From Nitrospinaceae bacterium (lineage in GTDB: Bacteria > Nitrospinota > Nitrospinia > Nitrospinales > VA-1), in the NCBI GenBank assembly GCA_046754465.1, contig JBHHVU010000042.1, positions 1 to 27,974 on the forward strand: DNA of 27,974 nt. Direction: 5' to 3'. Below the pieces are notes generated by a model. The model had not been told where the DNA came from. It saw only the letters and a list, made by a program, of their open reading frames with translations, and did not search any database. Numbering within the stretch: the first letter of the stretch is position 1; each line of letters starts with the position of its first letter. Positions 7,537 to 15,492 of this stretch are shown here, piece after piece. Made by a program: the position numbers and the translations under genes.

Positions 7537-9288
7537 ATGGGTTGGAACAAAATCAAAGCCTTTTGGCCTTACCTGGCCGGGTACCGGCGCGAAATGGCGG
7601 TGGGGATCATGGCTCTGCTGGTGACCGACCTTGCGGGGCTGGTGATCCCCTGGCTGTTGAAGGAGTTCATCGATCTTTTGCCGAAAGACCCTTCCGGTTC
7701 TACGCTGGTAAAATATTCCGGCTGGCTAGTGCTGGCGGCCGGCGTTCAGGCTCTCTCCCGCTTTGGCTGGCGAAAATTCCTTTTCGGTCCGTCGCGCAAG
7801 GTGGAATTCGATATATTGAACCGTTTGTTTTCCCACCTTCTGACCCTCGATAAATTTTTCTTCCAGCAACACAAGATCGGTGACCTGATGTCCCGCGCCA
7901 CCAACGATCTGCGCGCGGTGAGAGACTTTGCCGGGCTGGGACTGCTGATATTGGTCGATTCCACGGTGGTCATCATTTCCTGCGTCTGCTTGATGTCGGT
8001 GATCAACCCGGGTCTCACGCTGCTTGTGCTCGTTCCCCTTCCCCTGATTTCCATTCTGTTTTTCAATTTTGTCCGGGAGATCAGCCGGAGGCACCAAGCC
8101 GTTCAGGAACATCTTGCTGGCATCTCGTCCTTTGTCCAGGAGAACCTGGCGGGAATCCGCGTACTTCACGCCTTCGCGCAGGAGGAAAACGAGCGGAAAA
8201 AATTTGACGCGTTGAACCGGGAATATATCCAGAAAAATCTTCGCGTGACCAAATTGTTCGGAATATTTACCCCCTCCCTGGTTTTCACCATTGGGCTGGC
8301 CTCGATGATTTCCCTTTGGATCGGCGGCAAGGCGGTGATCCAGAACGAAATGAGCCTTGGGGCGTTTGTCGCTTTCAACGGTTATCTGATGATGCTGTCC
8401 TGGCCCATGATGGGGATCGGGTATGTGGTCAATCTGACCCAGAAGGGCCTTTCGGCCCTGGCCAGGATCCGGGAGATATTTTCCGTCCAACCCATCATCA
8501 AGGATGGCGACATTAAAGGGGAGTCCGGGGAGTTGAAGGGCGCCGTCGAGTACCGCAACCTGAGTTTTACCTATCCAGGGTCCAAGTCAGAAGGCTTGCA
8601 TCGAATCGATCTCACGATTCCCCAGGGACACAGGCTGGCGATTGTGGGTTCGATCGGATCGGGAAAGAGCACCCTGGCCCAAATGCTGCCGCGGCTCCTA
8701 CAGGCGAATCCCAAAAGCGTTTGGGTCGGCGGCAGGGCGGTGGAGGATATTCCCCTGAGGCTCTTGCGTGGCCATATCGGCTATGTGGACCAGGAACCCT
8801 TCTTGTTTTCCATGTCTATTCGGGAAAACATCGTTCTGGGAAACCCCGGCGCCGAACCCGGGGAGGTCGACGAAGTGGTCCGGTGTGCCGGATTGATTCC
8901 CGATCTGTCCCGGTTTCCCCAAGGATTGGAAACGATGGTCGGTGAGCGGGGAGTGTCACTTTCGGGAGGACAGAAACAGCGGATCGCCCTCGCCCGGGCT
9001 TTGTTGAAAAAACCCGGCATTCTGGTCCTGGATGACGCGTTCTCCAGTCTGGATGTGGAAACGGAAGGAACGATCCTGGAAAATATCCGGGACCGGTTGA
9101 AAACCATCACCACCCTCTTTATCACGCACCGTCTTTCCCTGGCTCGCCAGGCCGACGGGATCGTTGTTCTGGACCACGGGCGGATCGTGGAACAGGGAAC
9201 CCATCGCGACCTGGTTCGGGCGGGCGGCATCTATTCCCGGATGTTCAAAAACCAGGCCCTGGCGAGGGAAATGGAGATCACCCTGTAA
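7537..9288 (+). CDS. ABC exporter subunit A (TMD-NBD fusion, MdlA/YheI-like)
   Basis: Six-TM domain with GDLMSRATND, Walker A GSIGSGKS, signature LSGGQ and degenerate Walker B ILVLDD. Start ATG 7537 (TTG 7510 is possible). Confidence 0.92.
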   Translation: MGWNKIKAFWPYLAGYRREMAVGIMALLVTDLAGLVIPWLLKEFIDLLPKDPSGSTLVKYSGWLVLAAGVQALSRFGWRKFLFGPSRKVEFDILNRLFSHLLTLDKFFFQQHKIGDLMSRATNDLRAVRDFAGLGLLILVDSTVVIISCVCLMSVINPGLTLLVLVPLPLISILFFNFVREISRRHQAVQEHLAGISSFVQENLAGIRVLHAFAQEENERKKFDALNREYIQKNLRVTKLFGIFTPSLVFTIGLASMISLWIGGKAVIQNEMSLGAFVAFNGYLMMLSWPMMGIGYVVNLTQKGLSALARIREIFSVQPIIKDGDIKGESGELKGAVEYRNLSFTYPGSKSEGLHRIDLTIPQGHRLAIVGSIGSGKSTLAQMLPRLLQANPKSVWVGGRAVEDIPLRLLRGHIGYVDQEPFLFSMSIRENIVLGNPGAEPGEVDEVVRCAGLIPDLSRFPQGLETMVGERGVSLSGGQKQRIALARALLKKPGILVLDDAFSSLDVETEGTILENIRDRLKTITTLFITHRLSLARQADGIVVLDHGRIVEQGTHRDLVRAGGIYSRMFKNQALAREMEITL

Positions 9289-11075
9289 TGAGCCAACCCT
9301 CCACGGAAAACCTGGAATCACGGTATCAGGATTGGGCGCTTTTCAAACGCATCGTGGTTTACCTCCGGCCTTACCGGCGGCTGGTGGGTGTTGCCGTCAC
9401 TTTCCTGTTCGCGGTCTCCTTGTTGAATCTGGCCGGACCGTTTCTGACCAAGGTCGCCATTGACGATTACATCAAGGCGTCGAATCTCGATGGACTGGAC
9501 TTCATTGCGATCCTGTATCTGGGAGTCTTGGCGGCGGCTTTCGTGTGCCAGTTTTTTCAGACCTACCTCATGCAATACATCGGTCAAAAGGTCATGTACG
9601 ACATGAGAAACCAGGTTTTCGCCCACCTGCACAAGATGTCCTTCAGCTTTTTCGATAAAAACCCGATCGGCAAAATGGTCACCCGCGTGGTCAACGATGT
9701 CGAGGTGCTGAACGAAATGCTCACGTCGGGACTCATCCTGATATTCAGCGATTTGTTCACGCTGGCCGGGATTTTTTTCGTGATGCTTTATCTGGATTGG
9801 CGGTTGACCCTGGTGGTTTGCCTGGTGTTTCCCCTGCTTCACCTTGCCACACAGGCTTATCGGGTGCGCGCCCGGGACGCGTTGCGGAAAAACCGCGCTC
9901 ATATCACCAGTCTCAATACCTTTCTGGAAGAAAACCTGTCCGGAATGGCGACGGTTCAATTGTTCAACCGGGAAAAGGCGCAATACCGGAAATTCTTCGG
10001 CATCCATAAGAACAAATTGCGGGAGGATCTCCGGTCTCTGCATTACAATTCGATTTATCTTCCTTCCATCGACGTGTTCAGCGCGCTGGGAATCGGGTTG
10101 GTGATCTGGTATGGAGGGGGGCGGTTCGTCCAGGATGAAATTCAATTGGGGGTGCTGGTGGCGTTCCTGCAATATCTGCAAAAATTTTTCGAGCCCATTC
10201 GCGACTTGGCGGAAAAGTTCAACATCATACAAACCGCCATGGCTTCCTCCGAGCGGATCTTTGAACTGCTGGACACGTCGGAGGAAGTGCCAAACCCCCG
10301 CGGCCCCGTCCCCGCTCCGGGAATCCGGGGGGCCGTGGAGTTCAAGAATGTCTGGTTCGCCTATAAAGAGGGTGAATATGTTTTGAAGGACCTCTCGTTC
10401 CAGGTGGAAGCGGGGGAGAGCCTCGCCATCGTGGGGGCGACGGGTTCCGGTAAATCGACCATCATCAACGCGCTGTGCCGGTTCTACGATATCCGCAAGG
10501 GGGAGATCCTGTTCGACGGGGTACCGATTCAGAAGATGAACAAATTTGACCTGAGAAGGCAGATCGCCCTCGTTCCGCAGGACGTGTTCCTGTTTTCCGG
10601 CAACGTCCTGGATAACATCCGGTTGGGAAACCGGGATCTCGGACTGGAAGAGATCGAACCGATCGCCCAGGCCGTTAATTCCCACCATTTCATCGACAGG
10701 CTGCCCTTGAAATACGAGCAGGATATCCGGGAACAGGGCCAGGGATTATCCCTCGGTCAGAAACAACTGCTTTCCTTCGCCCGCGCCCTGGCCGCCGACC
10801 CCCGAATCCTGGTCCTCGACGAGGCGACGTCCAGCGTCGATACGGAAACCGAACGGCACATCCAGGAAGGCATCCGGAAATTGATCCAGGGGAGGACATC
10901 CATCATCATCGCGCACCGTCTGTCCACTCTCAAGCATGTGGATAAAATCCTGGTCCTTAAACAGGGGAAAATCGCCGAGTTCGGACCGCCAAAAGACCTT
11001 TTGAGCAAAAAGGGAATCTATTACCGCCTCTGCCGTCTACAGGCGGACCAGGAAAAGACGGGACTCAGCCAATAA
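9288..11075 (+). CDS. ABC exporter subunit B (TMD-NBD fusion, MdlB/YheH-like)
   Basis: TAATG overlap with the upstream gene. Walker A GATGSGKS, degenerate signature LSLGQ, Walker B LVLDEATS and H-loop IAHRLST. Confidence 0.92.
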   Translation: MSQPSTENLESRYQDWALFKRIVVYLRPYRRLVGVAVTFLFAVSLLNLAGPFLTKVAIDDYIKASNLDGLDFIAILYLGVLAAAFVCQFFQTYLMQYIGQKVMYDMRNQVFAHLHKMSFSFFDKNPIGKMVTRVVNDVEVLNEMLTSGLILIFSDLFTLAGIFFVMLYLDWRLTLVVCLVFPLLHLATQAYRVRARDALRKNRAHITSLNTFLEENLSGMATVQLFNREKAQYRKFFGIHKNKLREDLRSLHYNSIYLPSIDVFSALGIGLVIWYGGGRFVQDEIQLGVLVAFLQYLQKFFEPIRDLAEKFNIIQTAMASSERIFELLDTSEEVPNPRGPVPAPGIRGAVEFKNVWFAYKEGEYVLKDLSFQVEAGESLAIVGATGSGKSTIINALCRFYDIRKGEILFDGVPIQKMNKFDLRRQIALVPQDVFLFSGNVLDNIRLGNRDLGLEEIEPIAQAVNSHHFIDRLPLKYEQDIREQGQGLSLGQKQLLSFARALAADPRILVLDEATSSVDTETERHIQEGIRKLIQGRTSIIIAHRLSTLKHVDKILVLKQGKIAEFGPPKDLLSKKGIYYRLCRLQADQEKTGLSQ

Positions 11076-11216
11076 TCGGCACGGCCAGCATTCAAGGGGA
11101 AAGAAGGATGGGCTTTAAAAAAACATTAACAGTAAATTATAAAAAATTATTGCTTTACCGAATTTATCTGTTAACCTGAAAAAAAAGACGTTTCTTAAAT
11201 TTTTAAAGGGTAAATC

Positions 11217-11813
11217 ATGGGACTTCATCGAACCATTCCCCGCACCAAGCAACATCTGCTCAAGATTTTGGACGGGATCCCGTTTTTTGATATTTTCGAC
11301 CCATCCGAAAAAAAAGAGTTGGCCTCGTCCAACAATTATGTGATCGACTGTGACCCGGACACCAAAATTGTCTGCCAGGGCGATATGGATTTTTCCGTGT
11401 ATATTCTCCTGAGGGGAGAAGTCACCCTCACCCGGGACGAGCAGCCGGATTTTGCCATCACCACCTTGAAACCGGGAGCGGTTTTCGGCGAGATTTCTTT
11501 TTTGAACCGGTGTCCCCGTCCGACCAACGTTCTGGCCAGGGGGAAGGTCAAAGTCCTTATGCTGAATGGCGAATTGTTCAAAACCCTGAGCAATTCCACC
11601 CAGATCAAATTGAAGGACCAGTTCATAAAGATCCTCACCGACAGGATCGAGGAAATGAATGGAGCGCTCATGCAGATCAAGTCCGAGCTGGACCGGGTCC
11701 TCAAGGCGGAAGGGCGGTTTAGAGAGGATTTTCATCGCATCATCAAATCCGGAGCCCGGCTCGAGGGTGTGTTCGAAAATGTGAGCCAGGCGGTCACCAA
11801 AATCATTCGCTGA
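11217..11813 (+). CDS. Cyclic-nucleotide-binding domain protein with C-terminal coiled coil
   Basis: Contains IVCQGD...VYILLRGEV, GAVFGEISFL..PRPTNVLA (cNMP beta-barrel and phosphate cassette), followed by the heptad-like LTDRIEEMNGALMQIKSELDRVL. Confidence 0.85.
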   Translation: MGLHRTIPRTKQHLLKILDGIPFFDIFDPSEKKELASSNNYVIDCDPDTKIVCQGDMDFSVYILLRGEVTLTRDEQPDFAITTLKPGAVFGEISFLNRCPRPTNVLARGKVKVLMLNGELFKTLSNSTQIKLKDQFIKILTDRIEEMNGALMQIKSELDRVLKAEGRFREDFHRIIKSGARLEGVFENVSQAVTKIIR

Positions 11814-11821
11814 TCCCATCG

Positions 11822-11944
11822 CCGGGCCACGCCCGGAGGGAGATGGGCCGGTCCCCGACCGGGAGGAATAGGTCAAAACATCGATGGCTATCGACCCTGG
11901 TCAAGCATATAAAGTATGACAAATTGCCTGCGGAGGCACTCCGC
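11822..11944 (+). repeat. Dispersed intergenic element, copy 2 (extra left-end module plus a 97-bp unit at 11848-11944)
   Basis: CCGGGC-CAC-GCCCGG AGGGAGATGGG, then a second left hairpin CCGGTC-CCC-GACCGG, a diverged core, CATATAAAGTATGACAAATTGCCT and GCGGAG-GCA-CTCCGC. Confidence 0.88.
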
Positions 11945-11984
11945 CCGGGCCAATTTCTTTCCTTATTTCCCGCAGCGCTTTTTC

Positions 11985-12683
11985 ATGAAAGTACCTCTCA
12001 AATACCAATGGCAGGTTTTGATCCTCGGGTGTTTGCTTCTGACCGGGTGCGGCGCCATCAAGAAAACCTATCGGGTGGGCAAGGGAACGGTCAAGGGCAC
12101 CGTCTGGGCGGTGAAGGGAGCGTACAAATTCACCCGGGGAACCACGAAGATCGCTTACAAGATCGGCAAATTCACTTTCGAGGTGGTGAAGGCTCCCCTC
12201 GGCTGGCCGTTGATGAACGAGGAAATCGAAACCATCGATGGACTGCCGGTGAAGGAGGCCATCCGCCAGGGACGGGTGAAAAACTCTCCCTATACCGTGA
12301 AAGGCAAACGATATTACCCGATGACGGTGGCGCGGGCGCAGGATTATGAAGAGGTTGGTATCGCCTCCTGGTATGGAAACGAAACCCTGCTCCAGAAGGG
12401 AGGTCACATGACGGCCAACGGCGAGGCGTTCAATCCCAAGGCGCTTTCCGCCGCTCACAAGCACCTGCCGCTGCCGACCAACGTGATGGTCACCAACCTG
12501 GAAAACGGCCGTTCCGTGATCGTCCGGGTGAACGACCGGGGACCTTTTCCCAGCCGGCACAATCCTCGTTCCGGAAAAAGGATCATCGACCTCAGCCGCG
12601 CCGCCGCCAAGAAACTGGGATTCTACCGCAAGGGCACCGCCCGCGTGCGCGTCAAAACGCTCCGGGTCATTGAGACGGGGTAG
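11985..12683 (+). CDS. rlpA: RlpA-family lipoprotein (DPBB lytic transglycosylase), no SPOR domain
   Basis: Lipobox LLTG-C, plus PYTVKGKRYYP, GIASWYG, TANGE, AAHKHLPLP, VRVNDRGPF and RIIDLS. Start ATG 11985. Confidence 0.9.
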   Translation: MKVPLKYQWQVLILGCLLLTGCGAIKKTYRVGKGTVKGTVWAVKGAYKFTRGTTKIAYKIGKFTFEVVKAPLGWPLMNEEIETIDGLPVKEAIRQGRVKNSPYTVKGKRYYPMTVARAQDYEEVGIASWYGNETLLQKGGHMTANGEAFNPKALSAAHKHLPLPTNVMVTNLENGRSVIVRVNDRGPFPSRHNPRSGKRIIDLSRAAAKKLGFYRKGTARVRVKTLRVIETG

Positions 12684-12762
12684 CCGGGCCACAGGGAGGG
12701 AGATGGGTCAAGGCATCATCGCCAGTCGATCCGGGTCTTGCTTACGAAGTATGTCAAAACTG
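12684..12762 (+). repeat. Dispersed intergenic element, copy 3 (degenerate, right hairpin missing)
   Basis: CCGGGCCAC..AGGGAGATGGGTCAAGGCATCATCGCCAGTCGATCCGGGTC..AAGTATGTCAAAA, beginning immediately after the rlpA stop codon. Confidence 0.82.
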
Positions 12763-12804
12763 GAGGGGGAAGATCGGGGGTAAAAAAGGATGGGCCGGGA
12801 CGGA

Positions 12805-13125
12805 TTATTTTTTGAATCGGATGACGAGGCGGTCGACCACGCAGTTGTTCTGGAGGTGTTCGTGCAGGATTTCTTCCATATCCTCTTTGGTCTTGGGGGA
12901 GTACCACACGCCGTCGGGATAGATGACCATGGAAGGACCGTACTGGCAGGCATCAAGGCACCCGGCCTTGTTGACACGGACCTTGCCTTTCAGTCCCATT
13001 TCGTGGACCCTTCCCTTGGCATAGTCGAGCAGGCTGAGGGAGCCGCGCCCACTGCAACACCCCCGGGGGTCATCGGGTTTACGTTGGTTGTTGCAAATGA
13101 AAAGGTGTTTCTGGAAACGGGACAT
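12805..13125 (-). CDS. Thioredoxin-like [2Fe-2S] ferredoxin
   Basis: Cys pattern HLFIC.NQR...RGCC...VRVNKAGCLDAC..GP.MVIYPDGVWY. Confidence 0.92.
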   Translation of the reverse strand: MSRFQKHLFICNNQRKPDDPRGCCSGRGSLSLLDYAKGRVHEMGLKGKVRVNKAGCLDACQYGPSMVIYPDGVWYSPKTKEDMEEILHEHLQNNCVVDRLVIRFKK

Positions 13126-13149
13126 AACTCATGAATAATGGAAACCCCG

Positions 13150-13247
13150 CCCCGGTCCCCGGGGAGGGAGATGGGTCAAGGCATCATCGCCGGTCGATCC
13201 CGGTCCCGCATATAAAGAACGACAAATTGCCTGCGGCGGTTCGCCGC
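13150..13247 (+). repeat. Dispersed ~98-bp intergenic element, copy 4 (complete, covarying hairpins)
   Basis: CCCCGG-TCC-CCGGGG hairpin, then AGGGAGATGGGTCAAGGCATCATCGCC...CATATAAAGAACGACAAATTGCCT, then GCGGCG-GTT-CGCCGC hairpin. Same length as copy 1. Confidence 0.9.
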
Positions 13248-13249
13248 GC

Positions 13250-14269
13250 CTATTTTTCGGCGTCGGATTTGGGGAGTTGATGCGAGTGAGTTTGCATGTA
13301 TTCCTTGAACTTGCCGAAATTGATGTAGCACCTTTCGCAACTGTCCGGAAACACCGTGACGATCACGCCTTTTTTGATTTGCGAGGCCAACTCCAGAGCG
13401 CCCACCATGGCCGCCGCCGCGGAATGACCCACCAGGATGCCTTCCTCCCGCTCCAGCCGTTCCACGAATTTATAGGATTCATCGGTGCTGACACCGAATT
13501 TCCCGTCGAGTTCTTCCTCCTTGTAAATTCCGGGCACGATGGAGCTTCCCATGTGCTTGAGTCCTTCGATTCCGTGCAGTTCCTCGGCCGGTTCCACGGC
13601 GTAGCACTGGATTTTGGGGTTCAGGTCCTTCAGGCCGCGGCTGGTTCCCATGATGGTGCCGCCGGTGCCGATTCCGGCGATGAAGTGTGTGACCCGTTCA
13701 TGGGTCTGCTTCCAGATTTCCCGGGCGGTGGTTTCGAAATGGGCTTTCCAGTTGGAATCGTTGTTGTACTGGTCGGGCATGAAGTAGAGATCGGGATTCT
13801 CTTCATATATTTTTCGGGCCAGAATGATGGCCCCGTCGGACCCTTCAAACGGACTGGAAGTGACGATCTCCGCCCCGTAGAAATCGGCCATCAATCCTTT
13901 ACGTTCCTTGCAGACGTTGGCGGGCATTACCAGCTTGACACGGTATCCCTTGACCTTTCCGATGAGGGCGTAGGCGATGCCGGTGTTGCCAGACGTCGAA
14001 TCGAGGATGATCTTGTTTTTCGTCAGTTGGCCCGACTTTTCACCGTCCTCGATCATTTTAAGCGCCGGGCGGGCCTTGACGGACCCTCCGGCGTTTCTCC
14101 ATTCGGCTTTCGCGTATATCTCGACGTCCTTGAACTCCTTGCCCAGATTATGGATGCGGATAAGCGGCGTGTTGCCGATCGATTGAAGCACCGACGGATC
14201 CGTGATAACAGGACAGGAGGGAGCTTGGACTTCTGATGGAACGGGTAGATTCATCTTCAGCTTGGACAT
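13250..14269 (-). CDS. PLP-dependent cysteine synthase family protein (CysM-like, divergent)
   Basis: Contains IGNTPL, GGSVK(A)RPA with the PLP lysine, STSGNTG, QYNN, GIGTGGT and HGIEGL. Confidence 0.88.
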   Translation of the reverse strand: MSKLKMNLPVPSEVQAPSCPVITDPSVLQSIGNTPLIRIHNLGKEFKDVEIYAKAEWRNAGGSVKARPALKMIEDGEKSGQLTKNKIILDSTSGNTGIAYALIGKVKGYRVKLVMPANVCKERKGLMADFYGAEIVTSSPFEGSDGAIILARKIYEENPDLYFMPDQYNNDSNWKAHFETTAREIWKQTHERVTHFIAGIGTGGTIMGTSRGLKDLNPKIQCYAVEPAEELHGIEGLKHMGSSIVPGIYKEEELDGKFGVSTDESYKFVERLEREEGILVGHSAAAAMVGALELASQIKKGVIVTVFPDSCERCYINFGKFKEYMQTHSHQLPKSDAEK

Positions 14270-14393
14270 TTCAATGGCGAAATTATTATCAATAATGAAT
14301 GATACTTATAATATTCTGCGGTTAGTGCCGGATATCAAGGTAATATTCCCAAAATCACGGGTTGAAATGAACTTTTTCCCGTGGGACCCCTCG

Positions 14394-15200
14394 TCACCGG
14401 GAAAGCCCGCAAAATTCCTCATAATCGATCAATTCCTTGATCGTGGGCTGTTCACTGCATACAGGGCAATGAACATCCCGTTTCAGTTTTAGTTTGCGAA
14501 ACTCTGTGTTCAACGCATCGTAAATGAGCAGGGTCCCGATGAGGGGAGTGCCGATGCCGAGGATCAGTTTCAAGGTTTCGACCACCTGCAGGTTCCCCAC
14601 CACGCCCGCGAGCACTCCCAGGACGCCGCCTTCCTGGCAGTTGGGGACCAATCCCGGCGGCGGCGGTTCCGGATAGAGGCAACGGTAGCAGGGACCCTCT
14701 CCCGGCTTGAAAACCGTCGCCTGGCCCTCGAACCGGAAAATGCTGCCGTGAATGTTGGTTTTTCCCGTCATGACGCAGGCGTCGTTGATGAGGTACCGCG
14801 TGGCGAAATTATCCGTTCCATCGAGAATGTAATCGTAATCCTCGAACAGGCCCAGGATATTTTGGGAACTCAGTTTTTCATTGAAGAGGGTCACCCGGAC
14901 GTCCGGGTTCAGGGCCTCGATGGTTTTTTTCGCCGATTCCGTTTTGAGCATCCCGATCCGTTCGGTGGAATGGATGATCTGCCTTTGCAGGTTGCTCAGG
15001 TCGACCCGGTCGAAATCGATGATTCCCATATGGCCCACTCCCGCGGCGGCGAGATAATAGGCGGCGGGCGAGCCCAACCCCCCGGCGCCGACGATGAGGA
15101 CCTTGGCGTCCATCATCTTTTTCTGGCCGATGCCACCGACTTCGGGAAGCATGATGTGCCGGCTGTAGCGCTCGATCTGTTCGTCGGTGAAATCGGTCAT
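14394..15200 (-). CDS. moeB: MoeB/ThiF-family sulfur-carrier adenylyltransferase (no rhodanese domain)
   Basis: Contains ERYSRH, GAGGLGS, SNLQRQ, DGTDNF, CYRC, NCQEGGVLG and CPVC. ATG 15200 overlaps the stop of the upstream carrier gene (ATGA). Confidence 0.92.
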   Translation of the reverse strand: MTDFTDEQIERYSRHIMLPEVGGIGQKKMMDAKVLIVGAGGLGSPAAYYLAAAGVGHMGIIDFDRVDLSNLQRQIIHSTERIGMLKTESAKKTIEALNPDVRVTLFNEKLSSQNILGLFEDYDYILDGTDNFATRYLINDACVMTGKTNIHGSIFRFEGQATVFKPGEGPCYRCLYPEPPPPGLVPNCQEGGVLGVLAGVVGNLQVVETLKLILGIGTPLIGTLLIYDALNTEFRKLKLKRDVHCPVCSEQPTIKELIDYEEFCGLSR

Positions 15201-15481
15201 GGATTTGTTCCACCCGCGATGGCCGGTATGATGGAAACCTCGTCGCCTTCCTTGACCGCCGTGTTTTCCCCGTCCAGGAAGCGGATATCCTCTTCGTTGA
15301 CGTAAATATTGATGAACCTTCGGGGGGAGCCGTTTTCCTCGCAAATACGTTCCTTGATTCCGTTGAACTGCAATTCCAGGTTGTCAAAGATATCAGAGAT
15401 GGTGTTCCCCTCGGCGGTCACTTCACTCTGGTTATTGGTTAATTTCATGAGCGGGGTGGGAATCCTGACTTTTACTGCCAT
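15197..15481 (-). CDS. Ubiquitin-like sulfur carrier protein (MoaD/ThiS/CysO family)
   Basis: 94 aa beta-grasp pattern MAVKVRIPTPL...RFINIYVNEEDIR...GDEVSIIPAIAGG followed by TNP. SD-like AAGGAG upstream. Confidence 0.92.
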   Translation of the reverse strand: MAVKVRIPTPLMKLTNNQSEVTAEGNTISDIFDNLELQFNGIKERICEENGSPRRFINIYVNEEDIRFLDGENTAVKEGDEVSIIPAIAGGTNP

Positions 15482-15492
15482 AACACACTCCT

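Noticed and set aside
9318..10688. Long antisense ORFs (for example 2717-3736, 9318-10688, 13277-14236, 15538-16548, 19130-20365)
   Set aside because: These are shadow ORFs opposite well-supported genes, expected from GC-rich codon usage, and they have no protein motifs.
6648..13247. Repeat copies interpreted as a CRISPR array or integron attC sites
   Set aside because: The copies are ~98 bp and irregularly separated by housekeeping-type genes in both orientations. There is no cas or integrase gene, no RYYYAAC/GTTRRRY ends and no single long palindrome.
14282..14296. ATTATT-ATC-AATAAT palindrome upstream of the CysM-like gene as a possible Fur-family box
   Set aside because: Only one half-site (TGATAAT) fits the 7-1-7 consensus, and AT-only palindromes are common in AT-rich promoter regions.
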